Source of the DNA: a phage
Reading direction: 5' to 3' (one strand)
Length of the DNA stretch: 64,000 bases
Assembly: GCA_019338205.1 (NCBI GenBank)
Contig: GCA_019338205.1_4761.1
Below, piece after piece: positions 63,701-64,000 of this stretch. Each line of letters opens with the position of its first letter. Position 1 is the first letter of the stretch. The notes below the pieces were generated by a model. The model made no database searches, was not told the DNA's origin, and worked only from the letters and a program-made list of their open reading frames with translations. Both the position numbers and the translations under genes were made by a program.

Positions 63701-64000
63701 TCTTTTACCCCGAAAGTACCGATCGATTGTTCTTGCGCACCTTCATGCACTTTTACCGTAACATGGTTGGTTGCAGTCAATCCGTCAAGATCGGTAGTCT
63801 GGATCATATCACCGTTATTAGCAAACTTAGGAAGCATCAAAACAATGTTACCCAAAGAACTACGGCGGAATACCTGATCACCGTTTTGCATCTGGATCGG
63901 GTCGATAGATGGTTGTGCATATACCCCGCGTGGCTCCGTTCCCGTCTGGTAAACGTGCCAGCGATTGCGAACAAAAATGAAGTAGTTCATTGCATAAGGG
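60784..64000 (-). CDS. 34: long tail fibre proximal subunit gp34 (5' end beyond window)
   Basis: FPKRSEYP, repeated TPKKL..ATE.RRG..IATQ units, C-terminus RDWIKVGNVKII like T4 gp34; ORF open to window edge. Confidence 0.85.
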   Translation of the reverse strand, partial: PYAMNYFIFVRNRWHVYQTGTEPRGVYAQPSIDPIQMQNGDQVFRRSSLGNIVLMLPKFANNGDMIQTTDLDGLTATNHVTVKVHEGAQEQSIGTFGVKEIVGKRSGHGVFIFDKPENLWRLWDGDQSVRLNPIISDTRLSPNSYVAVFGDRDVTLTLPTNVEPGDRIQVSMQYMRGNQTCRIITSEEDTKILMQKNTVQFPKRSEYPFNGTDTWTGVSELSFNAANDYVPYLEFSYSEGDDGKKYWLVAHAHPIVERVDPTRKDRVGVIALATQTETNKNHEENPSDEVAVTPKVLANKTANETRRGIARIATQAETHQDTGSSFLDDVIVTPKKLNDCVATEDRRGVMEIATQHETNEGLDDTRAITPKKLEERRASEDLAGIAEIVQVGGNAAALRGEAGTGIYNINDHAKIVTPQNINEVKATETSRGVGYLATDAEVQGATESTPQDALLITTRTLTKRTATESRTGIAEIATQEETNLGQSDNHIITPKKLHTRRATETLHGLAEIATQEEFDAGRDDARISTPLKIKTFFENAQRLKVDPTQGLNLTGDLWQGIMIRGLDATEDTKGVAKVATTQLTDVGQDDTTIITPKKLQGKKATEGKEGIIRVGTQAETVAGTLANVAISPKNFKYVVQTEDTWKATEARRGFLKVATQENCFVGDNLQGSTQELGNYQHDGIAVTPKGLNYALANFLPKMATAQNSLKLGDVEAAKWARRDIDQTIESNYTFNKNVNVKGDLDCLKSGSFETLSVTKNSTDDPSNGHLVLGERGVDGHTGITLHGTTASEGMKNSWSIIVGGTGTAQVVDSDAIAFGKINDGGVVEHYAFAMKHNGDATAYRDFIAGRNLYAKQGGLYIVDQSNPAMTRSPDGMLNIGHGGSVNIKAGYQTLTTEIAGQKYQIVHAGNADEVLNRQFVKNAGDTMTGKLIMDNASIVSVKHEAIATTAPAIGNIGFWNMRVSTQNIKETYPEKKNGTLMQWGTDADGLTQLWSPDGTHKHYIRSGTGGQWTAWGEIYTKQNKPTAQEIGAVVAEGGLMNSMTVRDWIKVGNVKIIANNLTRTVDFIWED

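Noticed and set aside
1-64000. tRNA genes, CRISPR arrays, integrase or transposase
   Set aside because: No cloverleaf-like conserved tRNA stretches, no regularly spaced direct repeats with spacers, and no recombinase-like ORFs were seen; the window reads as a lytic phage genome.

Overview
This window is a T4-like myovirus (Straboviridae-type) genome segment, not a bacterial chromosome. The plus strand carries the early/middle replication-recombination-nucleotide metabolism backbone in T4 order: dam, nrdC-like glutaredoxin, endonuclease VII (gp49), nrdD, nrdG, gp55, gp47, gp46, gp45, gp44, gp62, regA, gp43 DNA polymerase, uvsX, gp41, gp61, dda, dexA, an uninterrupted gp39, rIIA, rIIB and gp52. 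The minus strand at the 3' end carries the late long-tail-fibre locus (gp34 partial, gp35, gp36, gp37) followed by holin t. Between the core genes are hyperplastic islands of small ORFs, many in tandem paralogous families. Early promoters are sigma70-like (TTGACA, 17 bp spacer, -10) and many carry a GC-rich inverted repeat across the -10 region; this resembles the promoter-early stem-loop cassettes I recall being described for RB49-group phages, and no motA/asiA is seen in the expected slot. The most interesting candidates are: three tandem, translationally coupled glycine-rich ~100 aa paralogs in the gp38 adhesin slot, downstream of a gp37 that carries its own C-terminal chaperone-like domain; a secreted protein with LprI-like (DUF1311 plus MliC-like) architecture; and a two-gene module ending in a 489 aa P-loop NTPase. 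All calls rest on reading motifs and synteny by eye; no database search or computation was run.
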